64,000 nucleotides of DNA from the human T2T-CHM13v2.0 reference genome, Homo sapiens, in the NCBI RefSeq assembly GCF_009914755.1, contig NC_060926.1. The stretch is one strand, 5' to 3'. This document shows positions 17,231 to 40,826 of this stretch, piece by piece (positions within the stretch are counted from its first letter, which is position 1; every line of letters begins with the position of its first letter). The position numbers and the translations under genes are program-made. The notes under the pieces are model-generated. The model saw nothing but the letters and a program-made list of their open reading frames with translations. It searched no databases and was not told the DNA's origin.

Positions 17231-18057
17231 GCAAGGCACTTTTTAAAAATTTTTTTTGGTCAAGTTAATTGAGTACATATGTAAAAGTCACCCTTTTGGG
17301 TGTTTAGTTCAAAGAGTTTTGGCAAATATATATGATTCCGTAACCACTACCACAATCAACATAAACACTATTTCCATCACCTCAGAAATTTCCCTCCTGC
17401 GCCTTTATAGTCTGTCTTCTTCTCAAACTCTAAGCCCTGGCAATCACTGATATAGTTTCTGGACCTTTAGTTTTGCCTATTTTAGAGCATCATATAGTAT
17501 GACATAAAGTGTATAGTTTTTAGTGAATGGCCTCTATCGTTTAGAATGCTTTTGAGTTCACCAGTGTTGTCTGTATCTATAGTTTGTTCCTGTTTATTGT
17601 AGAGTAGTATTCCATTGTACGTGTGCACCATGATGTGTTTATCCATTCACTAGTTGATGGTCATTTGGGTTGTTTCCAGTTTTGGCAATTACGAATACAG
17701 CTGCTGTAAACATTCACATACAGGTGTTTGGATGTATATGTCTTTATTTCTCTTAAGTAAACACCTAGGAGTAGGGTTATAGGTCTATGGTAAACATATG
17801 TTTAACTTTTTTTTTTTTTTTTTTTGCCAATTAAGGAATTTATTTTTTTTTTTTTATACTTTAAGTTTTAGGGTACATGTGCACATTGTGCAGGTTAGTT
17901 ACATATGTATAAATGTGCCATGCTGGTGCGCTGCACCCACTAACTCGTCATCTAGCATTAGGTATATCTCCCAATGCCACCCCTCCCCCCTCCCCCCACC
18001 CCACCACAGTCCCCAGAGTGTGATATTCCCCTTCCTGTGACCATGTGATCTCATTGT

Positions 18058-21912
<3,855 letters not shown>

Positions 21913-21948
21913 TTAGTTGATGCAGTTTCTTCCTAGTCTCGATGGTCT

Positions 21949-22965
21949 TTACATTTTAGCATGATTTTGCAGCGGCTGGTACCGGTTGTTCCTTTCCATG
22001 TTTAGCGCTTCCTTCAGGAGCTCTTTTAGGGCAGGCCTGGTGGTGACAAAATCTCTCAGCATTTGCTTGTCTGTAAAGTATTTTATTTCTCCTTCACTTA
22101 TGAAGCTTAGTTTGGCTGGATATGAAATTCTGGGTTGAAAATTCTTTTCTTTAAGAATGTTGAATATTGGCCCCCACTCTCTTCTGGCTTGTAGGGTTTC
22201 TGCTGAGAGATCCGCTGTTAGTCTGATGGGCTTCCCTTTGAGGGTAACCCGACCTTTCTCTCTGGCTGCCCTTAACATTTTTTCCTTCATTTCAACTTTG
22301 GTGAATCTGACAATTATGTGTCTTGGAGTTGCTCTTCTCGAGGAGTATCTTTGTGGCGTTCTCTGTATTTCCTGAATCTGAACGTTGGCCTGCCTTGCTA
22401 GATTGGGGAAGTTCTCCTGGATAATATCCTGCAGAGTGTTTTCCAACTTGGTTCCATTCTCCGCATCACTTTCAGGTACACCAATCAGACGTAGATTTGG
22501 TCTTTTCACATAGTCCCATATTTCTTGGAGGCTTTGCTCATTTCTTTTTATTCTTTTTTCTCTAAACTTCCCTTCTCGCTTCATTTCATTCATTTCATCT
22601 TCCATTGCTGATACCCTTTCTTCCAGTTGATCGCATCGGCTCCTCAGGCTTCTGCATTCTTCACGTAGTTCTCGAGCCTTGGTTTTCAGCTCCATCAGCT
22701 CCTTTAAGCACTTCTCTGTATTGGTTATTCTAGTTATACATTCTTCTAAATTTTTTTCAAAGTTTTCAACTTCTTTGCCTTTGGTTTGAATGTCCTCCCG
22801 TAGCTCAGAGTAATTTGATCGTCTGAAACCTTCTTCTCTCAGCTCGTCAAAGTCATTCTCCATCCAGCTTTGTTCCATTGCTGGTGAGGAACTGCGTTCC
22901 TTTGGAGGAGGAGAGGCGCTCTGCGTTTTAGAGTTTCCAGTTTTTCTGTTCTGTTTTTTCCCCAT
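21949..22965 (-). CDS. L1 ORF1p, intact 338 aa
   Basis: MGKKQNRKTGNSKTQ...QPLQNHAKM, full length with no stops. Confidence 0.95.
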   Translation of the reverse strand: MGKKQNRKTGNSKTQSASPPPKERSSSPAMEQSWMENDFDELREEGFRRSNYSELREDIQTKGKEVENFEKNLEECITRITNTEKCLKELMELKTKARELREECRSLRSRCDQLEERVSAMEDEMNEMKREGKFREKRIKRNEQSLQEIWDYVKRPNLRLIGVPESDAENGTKLENTLQDIIQENFPNLARQANVQIQEIQRTPQRYSSRRATPRHIIVRFTKVEMKEKMLRAAREKGRVTLKGKPIRLTADLSAETLQARREWGPIFNILKEKNFQPRISYPAKLSFISEGEIKYFTDKQMLRDFVTTRPALKELLKEALNMERNNRYQPLQNHAKM

Positions 22966-23420
22966 CTTTGTGGTTTTATCTACTTTTGGTCTTTGATGAT
23001 GGTGATGTACAGATGGGTTTTCGGTGTGGATGTCCTTTCTGTTTGTTAGTTTTCCTTCTAACAGACAGGACCCTCAGCTGCAGGTCTGTTGGAATACCCT
23101 GCCGTGTGAGGTGTCAGTGTGCCCCTGCTGGGGGGTGCCTCCCAGTTAGGCTGCTCCGGGGTCAGGGGTCAGGGACCCACTTGAGGAGGCAGTCTGCCCG
23201 TTCTCAGATCTCCAGCTGCGTGCTGGGAGAACCACTGCTCTCTTCAAAGCTGTCAGACAGGGACATTTAAGTCTGCAGAGGTTACTGCTGTCTTTTTGTT
23301 TGTCTGTGCCCTGCCCCCAGAGGTGGAGCCTACAGAGGCAGGCAGGCCTCCTTGAGCTGTGGTGGGCTCCACCCAGTTCGAGCTTCCCGGCTGCTTTGTT
23401 TACCTAAGCAAGCCTGGGCA

Positions 23421-23636
23421 ATGGCGGGCTCCCCTCCCCCAGCCTTGCTGCCGCCTTGCAGTTTGATCTCAGACTGCTGTGCTAGCAATCAGCGAGATTC
23501 CGTGGGCGTAGGACCCTCCAAGCCAGGTGTGGGATATAGTCTCGTGGTGCGCCGTTTTTTAAGCCGGTCTGAAAAGCGCAGTATTCGGGTGGGAGTGACC
23601 CGATTTTCCAGGTGCATCCGTCACCCCTTTCTTTGA
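23421..23636 (+). CDS. L1 ORF0, intact 71 aa, antisense to the L1 and sense to PLEKHH2
   Basis: gcaATGG start; MAGSPPPALLPPCSLISDCCASNQRDSVGVGPSKPG...RCIRHPFL matches primate L1 ORF0. Confidence 0.85.
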   Translation: MAGSPPPALLPPCSLISDCCASNQRDSVGVGPSKPGVGYSLVVRRFLSRSEKRSIRVGVTRFSRCIRHPFL

Positions 23637-24619
23637 CTCGGAAAGGGAACTCCCTGACCCCTTGCACTTCCCAGGTAAGGCAATGCCTCGCCCTGCTTCG
23701 GCTCGCGCACGGTGCGCACACCCACTGGCCTGCGCCCACTGTCTGGCACTCCCTAGTGAGATGAACCTGGTACCTCAGATGGAAATGCAGAAATCACCCG
23801 TCTTCTGCGTCGCTCACGCTGGGAGCTGTAGACTGGAGCTGTTCCTATTCGGCCATCTTGGCTCCTCCCCCAACATATGTTTAACTTAAGAAACTGCCGA
23901 ACTGTTTCTAAGGAGACTGTACCATTTTGCATTCCTACCAGTAATGCTTGAGTGTTCTACTTGCTCTGCAGTTTTACCACCATTTGGCATATTCAATCTT
24001 TGTAATTTTAGCCATATTAATAGGTATGTAGTTGTATTTCATTTTAGTTCTAATTTGCATGTCTCTAATGACTAATGATGTTGACCATCTTTTTACGTAT
24101 TTAACTTGCTATCCATATTTATTTTTTGGTAAAGTATCTGTCTAAATCCTTTTAGCATTTTTAAAAATGGGGTTATTTGTATTCTTGAATTGTAAAAATT
24201 CCTTATATATTCTGGATACAAGTCTTTTATCAGATGTGTTTTGCACTAATTTTTCTAGTATCTCATTTTTCTTAATAGTAAGTATTGGCTTAGTAATAGT
24301 AATAGTAATAATAGCTTAGTGATAGTAAGTAATGGCTTAGTATCTCATTTTTCTTAATAGTGTGTTTTGAAAAACAGACACTTAAAATGGGTATAAAGTC
24401 CATTTTACCAATTTTTTTGGTTCATGCTTTTAGTATCCTTTCTGAAAAATCTTTGCCTAACACAGAATTACAAGGATTTTTTTCTAGTGTGGAAAAGGAA
24501 CATGGTTTTTGTATATGATGCAAGATAATGGTTAAAGGAAATGTCATGTGGCTATTTCTTCTAGTATCATTTGTTGAAAAGACTCTCTCCTCTCTCCTTT
24601 TAATTACCTGGACATCTTT

Positions 24620-25340
24620 TCATACTCACTAGGATGGCTGTAGTCAAAGAGATGGACAATAATAACAAGCATTATATGAAAAAATTGAAGGTCTCATACA
24701 TTGCTGGTGGAAATGTAAAATTGTGCAGCCACTGTGGAAAACAGTTGGGTAGTTCTTCAAAAAGTTAAATATAGAGTTATTATATGACCCAGAAGTTCTA
24801 CTCCTAAATAGATACCTAAGAAAATGGACAAGTCCACACAAAAACTTTTACATGAATGTTCATAGCACCATTATTTATAATAATCAAAGAGTGAAACAAC
24901 GCAAAAGCTCATCAACTAACTGATGAATGGATAAACACAATTTGGTATATCCGTATAGTGGAATATCATTCAGGCATAAAAAGAAATGAAGTACAAACAT
25001 ATGCTACAGCATGGATGGACCTTGAAGACATTGTGCTAAGTGAAAGAAGCTAGACACAGAAGGTCACATGTTATAGGAATCCATTCATATGAAATATTCA
25101 GAATAGGCAAAATCATGGAAACAAAGTAGACTATTGGTTGCAAAGGGCGATTGGGAGAGTACAATGGGGAATTACTGCTAATAGGTACAGGCTTTCTGTT
25201 TGAGGTGATGAAACTGTTCTGGAATTAAATGGTGCTAATAGTTCCACAACTCTGTGAATATAGTAAAAAAAAACGCTGAATTGTACACTTTAAAGTGGTT
25301 AATTTTGTGGCATGTGAATTACTTCTCAATTTTTTAAAAA
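24620..25340 (+). mobile_element. Old L1MB-type 3' end
   Basis: ctcatacattgctggtggaaatgtaaaattg...atggatggaccttgaagacattgtgctaagtgaaagaagc. Confidence 0.7.
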
Positions 25341-25395
25341 GTTTGGAAAAATGGAGAAATACTGCCTGCTCTTTAACAACACTACTATTAGCATT

Positions 25396-25702
<307 letters not shown>

Positions 25703-27096
25703 ACATTCTTATTTTTAAATGTATAACTTAAAATATATATACATAGATGTAAATAGTTTAAATAAACTTGTTTCATAAAATATTAGATCATTTATCATTA
25801 TCATGTTCTGTGTTGTCCCCTAGTCTCTGTATTCATAATCATAAAGAGCTCAGTAAATAAATACTGATGATTTACTGATCAGTTCCCTTACTATTAGACA
25901 TACAGGCTACTTATAGTTTTCCATTAGTTTGAACAACATTGCAAATGAACTTCTTGTGTATATAACATTTTTAAATAATTGCAATTCTTTCTTCTGGAAG
26001 GTTCTCTAAAGTACAATGAATGGGTCAGAGTAGAACTACAGGATCAAAACTTTTTGATTAAAGCCCAGCACAATGGTACCTGTCTGTAGTCTCAGCTACT
26101 GGGAAAGCTGAGGAGGGAGGATCCCTTGAGCCCAGGAGTTCGAGACCTGCTTGGGCAACATAGTGAGACCCTATCCCCAAAACAACAACAATAATAAAAC
26201 AACTCTTCAATTTGTGTTTCCACAGTTGTTACCCGAAGAGTTAATTAGCTTTGAGTCTGGCCAGTTCCCTTGATACCCATCCCTGATATTATGCACAAAG
26301 GTGGGGGAAGGGAAAAGGTGGTAACTGCTCTCTAACTTGAGAGAACTCTGGATGATCAAGGAGTAGGGAATGGTCAGCTGGTTGAGCTAAGCAGCAGTGC
26401 AGCAGAGAGCTCCAGGAATAGTCCGTTACTTAAACTTACAAGGGCTTCTCAGTCCTCTTTGGTTGACTAAGGCCCCTACTTGGGCAAAGTTGAAGTTCAT
26501 GGAGTTCCAGCAATCTGTTAACTTCCTTGAGAGACTAGACACTGGTTCAAATACCCAGACTCAAAGTAATCACCATGCAAGCAGAGGCTATGAAAAGATA
26601 GTATACAAAAAATACTAGTAGCCAATAAACATGGAAAAAGGTATTCAGCCTCACTCATACTTAAAGAAATGCAGAGCAAAGCAATGGGGGAATGACTGCC
26701 AATGGGTACAGGGTTTTTTTAGGGGGAGGGTGATAGAAATGTTCTGGAATTAGCAGTGATGGTTGCACAACTCTTTGAATATACTAAAAACCACTGAATT
26801 ACACTGTTTTAAAAGGTGAATTTTATGGCATGTGTATTATATCTCGACTTTAAATAGTGGGAAAAAATAAATTAACCAAAAGACATTAACAAAATGATAT
26901 AAGACACGAATAGCATGAATCATAATTAGAAAAAAATCAGAAATGAGGTGATAGAACTCAACAAAGAATTACAAGTAGAAAAATATATTTTATAAACTAA
27001 GACTAAAGCAGAAGGAACCGAAGAATGGATAAACTCAACACATAATGCTTTAATGAGAAATGAAGGTGAAAACGAAGAAACTTTTTTTTTTTTTGA

Positions 27097-27252
<156 letters not shown>

Positions 27253-27869
27253 TGACTAGTATTGAAGATAAGTAAAGAAGATACAATATACAGATAAAAG
27301 AAGCCCCTGAAGAAAACAAGGGAATGAAACAAATACAAACAGTGTAATTTAAGAAACGTTTACAGAACCTTAAAAAAGCAAAATAATGCATATTGAAATA
27401 GTGGATCGTGTGGCTGAGAACATCAACCTAGAATGACCCACTTCAAGGCATATTTTTCATCAAAATACTGGATGTTAAAGAAAAAGAAAACATTTTTTAG
27501 GTATTTAGGCAAAAAACAAAAACATGACCTTTATATCATTAGGAGAATAAAATTATGTTCTTACACTGATAGTAATGCTTTATGCCAGGAGAACATGGAC
27601 TACCATGTTTCAGATATCAAGGAAAGCACATATGATCCAAGGACTTCGTATTAAGCAGAACTGGCTTTCAAGTATAAAGGGCATAGCAAGCAGCTATTAG
27701 CAATTAAAGAACTCAGAAAATATTGTTCCCAGGAGTTTTCCCTAAGAAATTTAGAGAATGAGGTTCAGTCAACTAGAGTAGGGAGATTGTAGTATGTGAT
27801 GGCTATAGGATCTGACAATGAAGATAGAGTAAACCAATAAAAATTGAAAAAAAATTGATTGCATATTTT

Positions 27870-29810
<1,941 letters not shown>

Positions 29811-32070
29811 CCTAATGAGTTTAATTCATTCAGACTCTTGCATTCCAGCTTATGCCCTCACTTCTCCACAGTGCAGCTGGAATCACAAAAGTCACTAATG
29901 ACCTCCTAATTAGCAGTGGCATCATCACCAGTTGTTGCCTAGTTAGATGCCACTTCAGCATTTGAACCCTTTTTCTATGTACTTTCATATATAGCCTCTC
30001 TAATTTCACAGGTTATTTGAAAATCTTCCTCTTGATTTTCTACTCATTCCCTCTAAGGGAGCAGAATTATCTTTGATTAACTATTGCCTACTATTTCTAA
30101 TGCAAGTTTCTAACACCCATTTATTTTCCTCCCTGCCATTATTCTCTTACTTTTTTCAGCTCCGTAAAACTCCCTCTGGTGCCTCATCATATATGATGCA
30201 AACTACTATATCCATAATCCTGTCACCTAGATATAGACAACTCCTTGTCCTTGGTTTATGTAATTCCATAAAAACAGGCACACGTAAATTTTTTAACAAA
30301 CATTTGATTGCAACATTCATTACTGCTTTGCAGTCCCTTTTCCCTCAATATATCATTTATGTATAATATCATTCTATATATAATTTACACTTATTTTTAA
30401 ATATGTCATTTACATCTTTTCATATATATTTAAAACATTTTATTAGAGAGATTTTCAAACATACAAAAGTAAGCAGAATGTTATAATGGACCCTCCTGTA
30501 CACATCACCCAGCTTTCATGGTTGTCAACTCAGGGCCAATCCTGTTTCATCTTCATCTGCACCCTGACCTACTTCTTTCCTCCTATGTTATATTGAGACA
30601 AGTCCCAAATATATCATTTCATCCATCCATAAAAATTTGTAATGACTGTATGGTATCTAACTGTATGGATGTACCATTATTTATATATTTAGATAATCCT
30701 GTTTTTGGACATTTGTGACTTTTAGTTTTATCATTCAAATTATAACACTACAACTGCTACCATAATATTTTTAAATAAATGAGTTACCACCAGCTTTTCA
30801 CATTGCTTGAATATATTTTCTTATTTTTAGCCCTACAACATCCTGTAAAGTAGTCAGAACGGGTTATATTATCCACATTTTATACACAAGAATTTTAGAG
30901 TCCAGTGGCAAACTATTGGTAAATAGTAGAGTTTCCTAACTTAAAATTATTCATAAAAATAACACATATATATGGTAGAAATAGGCTGCTTAAAAAATTT
31001 CTATGTAACTATTCATTGAACACCTGTTAAGTATTAGATACTATGTTGGATGCTTTTCTGTTTATAAATGCTGTGAAATAAGTGTTGTATCATTTTACAG
31101 GTAGGGAGAGGAGACTCAGATAAGTTAAATAATGTACCCATCATCACATAGCTAGTATTGGAATCTGAGTTCCAATTTAGGTCTTGCCTTTAAGTTCAGT
31201 ATTCTTTCCAGTTTTCCCTATATTCATACTTCAAGGATTACCTCCTTTTCATTAAGAAAGCAAGTAACTTTTGAGCCTGATTGCGCCTTCAAGACAACTT
31301 TACAATGTAGTTGGGAAGATAGTACAAGATAGGAAGTCAGTGCCATAGGAGCAGAAAAAAAGTTATTTGGCAGTGGTAAAAATAATGATACTGTCCTTCA
31401 TATATGCATCGTACTTTAGGCATGACAGAGAGCTTTGTCATTTCATCAATAATTTGTAATATATTAAATATCTACTATGTAGAAAGACCTGTATTAGTTA
31501 TGTAACAGTGAAGCAAGCTGACTTTTATCCTTCCTGTTATCACTAGAAACTATACATTTGAGGAGAAATCAGACAAGATATTTGCATAGTTCTCTTAAGA
31601 GAACTATTTTTTTCACTAGCAAAATTTTGTGCATTCTTCTGTTTCTCCTGGCAATCCTGACAATATTCAAAATCCAGGCTAAGTAAGGCTCCAGAAAAAC
31701 CAAATTTCCCTGAAAACAGAATATAGTTATATTGTAGAAGTGACAATTGTCAGCATATTGCCAGTAGTGGAAGAATGTGGTATTGGCATGTGTTTGCTAG
31801 TTGGTTTTTGGTTTAGGGAATATTCTAGAGACATCCAAAAGACATAATGCTTGTCCAGCTGCTTCTATATAGTGCCATAGTCTAAACAAGTAATTCAACA
31901 AAATGCTTTGAAACCACATTACTTGCTCATTAAACATTTGAAATATTTTCACAGAAATTAAATATGAGGTACTGAGAATGTACTTGCACAGTTATTTACA
32001 TATCCAAATATTTGAAACCTCTTCCAGAATCTAGATCCCTGTAATAAACTGCCTTTTAAAATGCTGCCAT

Positions 32071-32725
<655 letters not shown>

Positions 32726-32744
32726 GTCTATTATTCTCCAGCCC

Positions 32745-33925
<1,181 letters not shown>

Positions 33926-34573
33926 GCCTTCCAACCAGCAATAAAGTTGAAAATGAGCAGAGATGAGTCACAGACGGCTCTAAAGTGAGCCAGACATCAG
34001 CACTGAGCCAAAAAGAAAAAAATTGAGTTTTACCTCACGATTTGTGTATTCAGCCCCTGGTACAACACATCCCGTATGTTGATTAGCATGGGGTCCTTCT
34101 TAAGGCTTTTAAAATTCTCCTTATAATATTCGTTTTAGTATTTGTGTGTCTGTGTGTTTAATCAAAGAATCTCTTCTATACTCTCTCCATCAGTCTGTAA
34201 GAATGTAAAACTACCCAGAGTTTATTTAAACCTAGCACCCACGGAGTTCATGAGAACACACCACTTCCTTGATGTCATTATGACTTTTTGATCAAGCGGT
34301 CAAATAGGACATTTGAAGCCTTTCTTTCCTCTTAGATTTATTTTCTTGTTCTTAATATATGTTAATCCGTAATTTTTAATCTACAATCCACTGAAGAAAA
34401 TTCTATTGATGAATACTCTTGAGGTATATATGTAGTCCTTGTATTAAAAGTATCGAAACTCTGGCATTTTGATCAACTTTTAAATATGCAAAGAGCCTTT
34501 AATGTGCTAACTGTATTTAACGCATCTCCAGTGAACTACTTTAAAATATCCAAACTGATGATGACTTTATGAG

Positions 34574-36110
34574 TTTTTTTTTTTTTAATTGATCATTCTT
34601 GGGTGTTTCTCGCAGAGGGGGATTTGGCAGGGTCATAGGACAATAGTGGAGGGAAGGTCAGCAGATAAACAAGTGAACAAAGGTCTCTGGTTTTCCTAGG
34701 CAGAGGACCCTTCGGCCCTCTGCAGTGTTTGTGTCCCTAGGTACTTGAGATTACGGAGTGGTGATGACTCTTAACGAGCATGCTGCCTTCAAGCATCTGT
34801 TTAACAAAGCATATCTTGCAACGCCCTTAATCCATTTAACCCTGAGTGGACACAGCACATGTTTCAGAGAGCACAGGGTTGGGGGTAAGGTCACAGATCA
34901 ACAGGATCCCAAGGCAGAAGAATTTTTCTTAGTACAGAACAAAATGAAAAGTCTCCCATGTCTACTTCTTTCTACACAGACACGGCAACCATCCGATTTC
35001 TCAATCTTTTCCCCACCTTTCCCCCATTTCTATTCCACAAAACCGCCATTGTCATCATGGCCCGTTCTCAATGAGCTGTTGGGTACACCTCCCAGACGGG
35101 GTGGTGGCCGGGCAGAGGGGCTCCTCACTTCCCAGTAGGGGTGGCCGGGCAGAGGCGCCCCTCACCTCCTGCACCGGGCGGCTGGCTGGGCGGGGGGCTG
35201 ACCCCCCCCCACCTCCCTCCCGGACGGGGCGGCTGGCCGGGCGGGGGGCTGATCGCCCCACCTCCCTCCAGGACGGGGCGGCTGCCGGGCGGAGGGGCTC
35301 CTCACTTCTCAGACGGGGCGGTTGCCAGGCAGAGGGTCTCCTCACTTCTCAGACGAGGTGGCCTGGCAGAGACGCTCCTCACCTCCCAGACGGGGTCGCG
35401 GCCGGGCAGAGGCGCTCCTCACATTCCAGACCGGGCGGCGGGGCAGAGGCGCTCCCCACATCTCAGACGATGGGTGGCGGGGCAGAGAGGCTCCTCACTT
35501 CCTAGATGGGATGGCGGCCGGGCAGAGATGCTCCTCACTTTCCAGACTGGGCAGCCAGGCAGAGGTGCTCCTCACATCCCAGACCATGGGCGGCCAGGCA
35601 GAGACGCTCCTCACTTCGCAGACGGGGTGGCGGCCGGGCAGAGGCTGCAATCTCGGCACTTTGGGCGGCCAAGGCAGGCGGCTGGGAGGTGGAGGTTGTA
35701 GCGAGTGGAGATCACGCCACTGCACTCCAGCCTGGGCACCATTGAGCACTGAGTGAACGAGGCTCCGTCTGCAATCCCGGCACCTCAGGAGGCCGAGGCT
35801 CGCAGATCACTCGCGGTTAGGAGCTGGAGACCAGCCCGGCCAACACAGCGAAACCCCGTCTCCACCAAAAAAATACGAAAACCAGTCAGGCGTGGCGGCG
35901 CGCACCTGCAATCGCAGGCACTCGGCAGGCTGAGGCAGGAGAATCAGGCAGGGAGGTTGCAGTGAGCCGAGATGGCAGCAGTACAGTCCAGCTTCGGCTC
36001 GGCATCAGAGGGAGACCATGGAAAGAGAGGGAGAGGGAGACCGTGGGTAGAGGTGGAAGTGGAGGTGGAGGTGGAGGTGGAGGTGGAGGTGCAGGTGGAG
36101 GTGGAGGTAG
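34574..36110 (-). mobile_element. Full-length SVA (probably SVA_D)
   Basis: Poly-T and SINE-R (about 34590-35080), GC-rich VNTR (about 35080-35640), Alu-like domain (about 35640-36020), hexamer region to about 36110. Imperfect TSD ttatgag(a)ttttt at 34567 and 36113, TTTTT/AA nick site. Confidence 0.92.
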
Positions 36111-36195
36111 AATTATGAGATTTTTAAAGCCTTTTTCAGAAAGGCTCATTTTTCAAAAATAAATTTTTGTATTTATATTTTCCCTCACTCTACAG

Positions 36196-36258
36196 ATGCA
36201 ACAGCTTGAGAGACAAGTTATTGATGCTGAACGTCAAGCAGAAAAAGCTTTTCAACAG
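36196..36258 (+). CDS. PLEKHH2: PLEKHH2 coding exon 2 (MQQLERQVIDAERQAEKAFQQ)
   Basis: ctctacag|ATG acceptor, CAG|gtagag donor, 63 nt, phase 0-0, coiled-coil-like peptide. Confidence 0.95.
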
Positions 36259-36825
36259 GTAGAGTATAATTTTACTTTAAATTTTTTTTGCCTGTACTAC
36301 TCACATAAAGATTGTTTTGCTCATAATGGAAAGACAATTATCAGCCCACCTCTACATCTTATCTTTTTGACTGTTCATAGCTTGATCCATAAAGAAAATG
36401 GAGAATCTAACTCTATTTTGTCCATTAACAAATTTTCAAAAGGAAAAAAAGGCTTCCATTAGGAAGGAAGTTTTATCTTACTTCTGAGAAAAATCAAATA
36501 TGACTTTTATGGTAATACTAACTATATTTAAGTTTTGTATATAAATATGTTCATAGTTGCTTTATTTGTAGTTATAAAGAGTTGGAAATAATATGAATGC
36601 CATATTATAGAAGAATGAAAAAGTAAACTCTATCAACTCCATGAAATATTAGACAACCATTAAAATAATTGTTTCTAAGGATTTGCATTAATATGTAAAA
36701 ATGCTTAGAGTTGTATTAGGAAAAGTCACACCTAAGAGTTAAAAAAAAGGCTGAGAGGAAACACCCCAAAATTTTAACAAATGTTTACAATTGTTTGAAT
36801 TACGGAATCAGGAATGATTTTTTCC

Positions 36826-37295
<470 letters not shown>

Positions 37296-37899
37296 AACTT
37301 TTATTATTTTTAAAAGATGTTTTCATAAGTCACATAACCCTTTCTGGGTCTTGCCAGCATTAAAATGAGCAGTAAAATGATGGGTTTGGATGGGCCCACC
37401 CAGCCTTAAAGTTTAATGATTCTAAATCCATAGCTTCTCATTTCATGAAAAGATCTCAGTCATATTCAGTTTAATCAATGAGATCCAGTGAGTTCTGGTG
37501 TTCTGCAGCACTATGGAGTAATATGGTTAACTATAATTTATTGCATATTTACAAAAAGCTTAAAGAGCCAGCTTTCTATATTTTCATAAAGCTAGAAGAG
37601 AGGATTTTGAATGTTCACAACACAAATAAATAGTAAATGTTTGAGGTGCTGGACATGCTAATTACCTTGATTTGATCATTACACATTGTATACACACATG
37701 AAATATCCCTCTGTATCTCATAAATATGTACAATTATTATGTATCAACTAAAAACAAAAGAAAAAAAAGGCTTAAATACAAAATTATTTCTCCTAAGAAG
37801 TGCATATGAAATTCCTTATGCTTCCTCTAAGTTTGTCATGTTTCCTTCCTTCAACTTGAGTACTACCAAATCTTTTTCCTTTTTAATTTTTATTTTAGA

Positions 37900-39131
<1,232 letters not shown>

Positions 39132-39645
39132 AATTTTTATTTTAGATTCAGCAGATACATGAAAGTTTTAATTTTATAGGGTAGAGTAAGTGCCTAATAG
39201 ATTTCTAAATAAGCCCAATGTAGCCTAATCTTTGATTTTTTAAATTATGCTTGAAAAGGAAATCTTACAACTTTATTAGGCAAGACTTTAAGCACATACA
39301 AGAGTAGAGAAAATAGTATAGTGAACCCGCATCACCCACTTCAACAATTAGTCAAGTCATGCCTCATCTGTACCTCCACCCACTTCCCCTGCCCCCCTCA
39401 CACTGGACTATTGAAAAGCAAATCCCAGACATGGTATAATTTCATCCATTATTATATATTATACTAATCTGAAACCAAACACCCTTAAAAATCATAACCA
39501 CAATACCATCATCTCACCAAAAAATTACCAGTAATTCTTCAGTATATCAAAGATCTAGTCAGTATTCAGATTTTTCCAAATAGCTAATAATTGCTTCTGT
39601 GTTTTGTTCTTTAATCAAAGTGGAATTCACATAACATAAAATTAA

Positions 39646-39935
<290 letters not shown>

Positions 39936-40262
39936 AAATTAACATTTTTAAATGAACATTTCAGTGTTGTGTACAATCATCACCTTTATCTAGTTCCAAA
40001 ATGTCGAAAGGAAACTCATCTCAAAAGGAAACCTTATTCATTAAGCATTTAGTCCCATTTCCCCCTCCAACTAGCCCCTGGCAACCACCAATCTGCTTTC
40101 TGTTGCTATGGATTTACCTATTCTGGATATTTCATATAAATGGATTTATATACTATGTGATCTTTAGTGTCTGGCTTCTTTCATTTAGCAGAATGTTTTT
40201 GATATTTATCCACGTTGTAGCATGTGTCATGATTTATTCCTCATTATGGCTGAATAATGTTC

Positions 40263-40294
<32 letters not shown>

Positions 40295-40406
40295 ATTTGT
40301 TTATCCATTTGACTTTTTATGGACATTGTCTTTTTATGGACTTTCACTGCCCTCGATGTCTCCTGTGCCCTACCTATTCTACCTTTTCATCTTTTGACTA
40401 TTGTGA

Positions 40407-40826
<420 letters not shown>

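Noticed and set aside
35080-35640. Repeat array resembling a CRISPR-like or novel tandem system
   Set aside because: It is the SVA VNTR: degenerate tandem units with no unique spacers, in primate DNA.
34758-36162. Several 80-190 aa GC-rich ORFs
   Set aside because: They are stop-poor reading frames of the SVA VNTR, SINE-R and hexamer.
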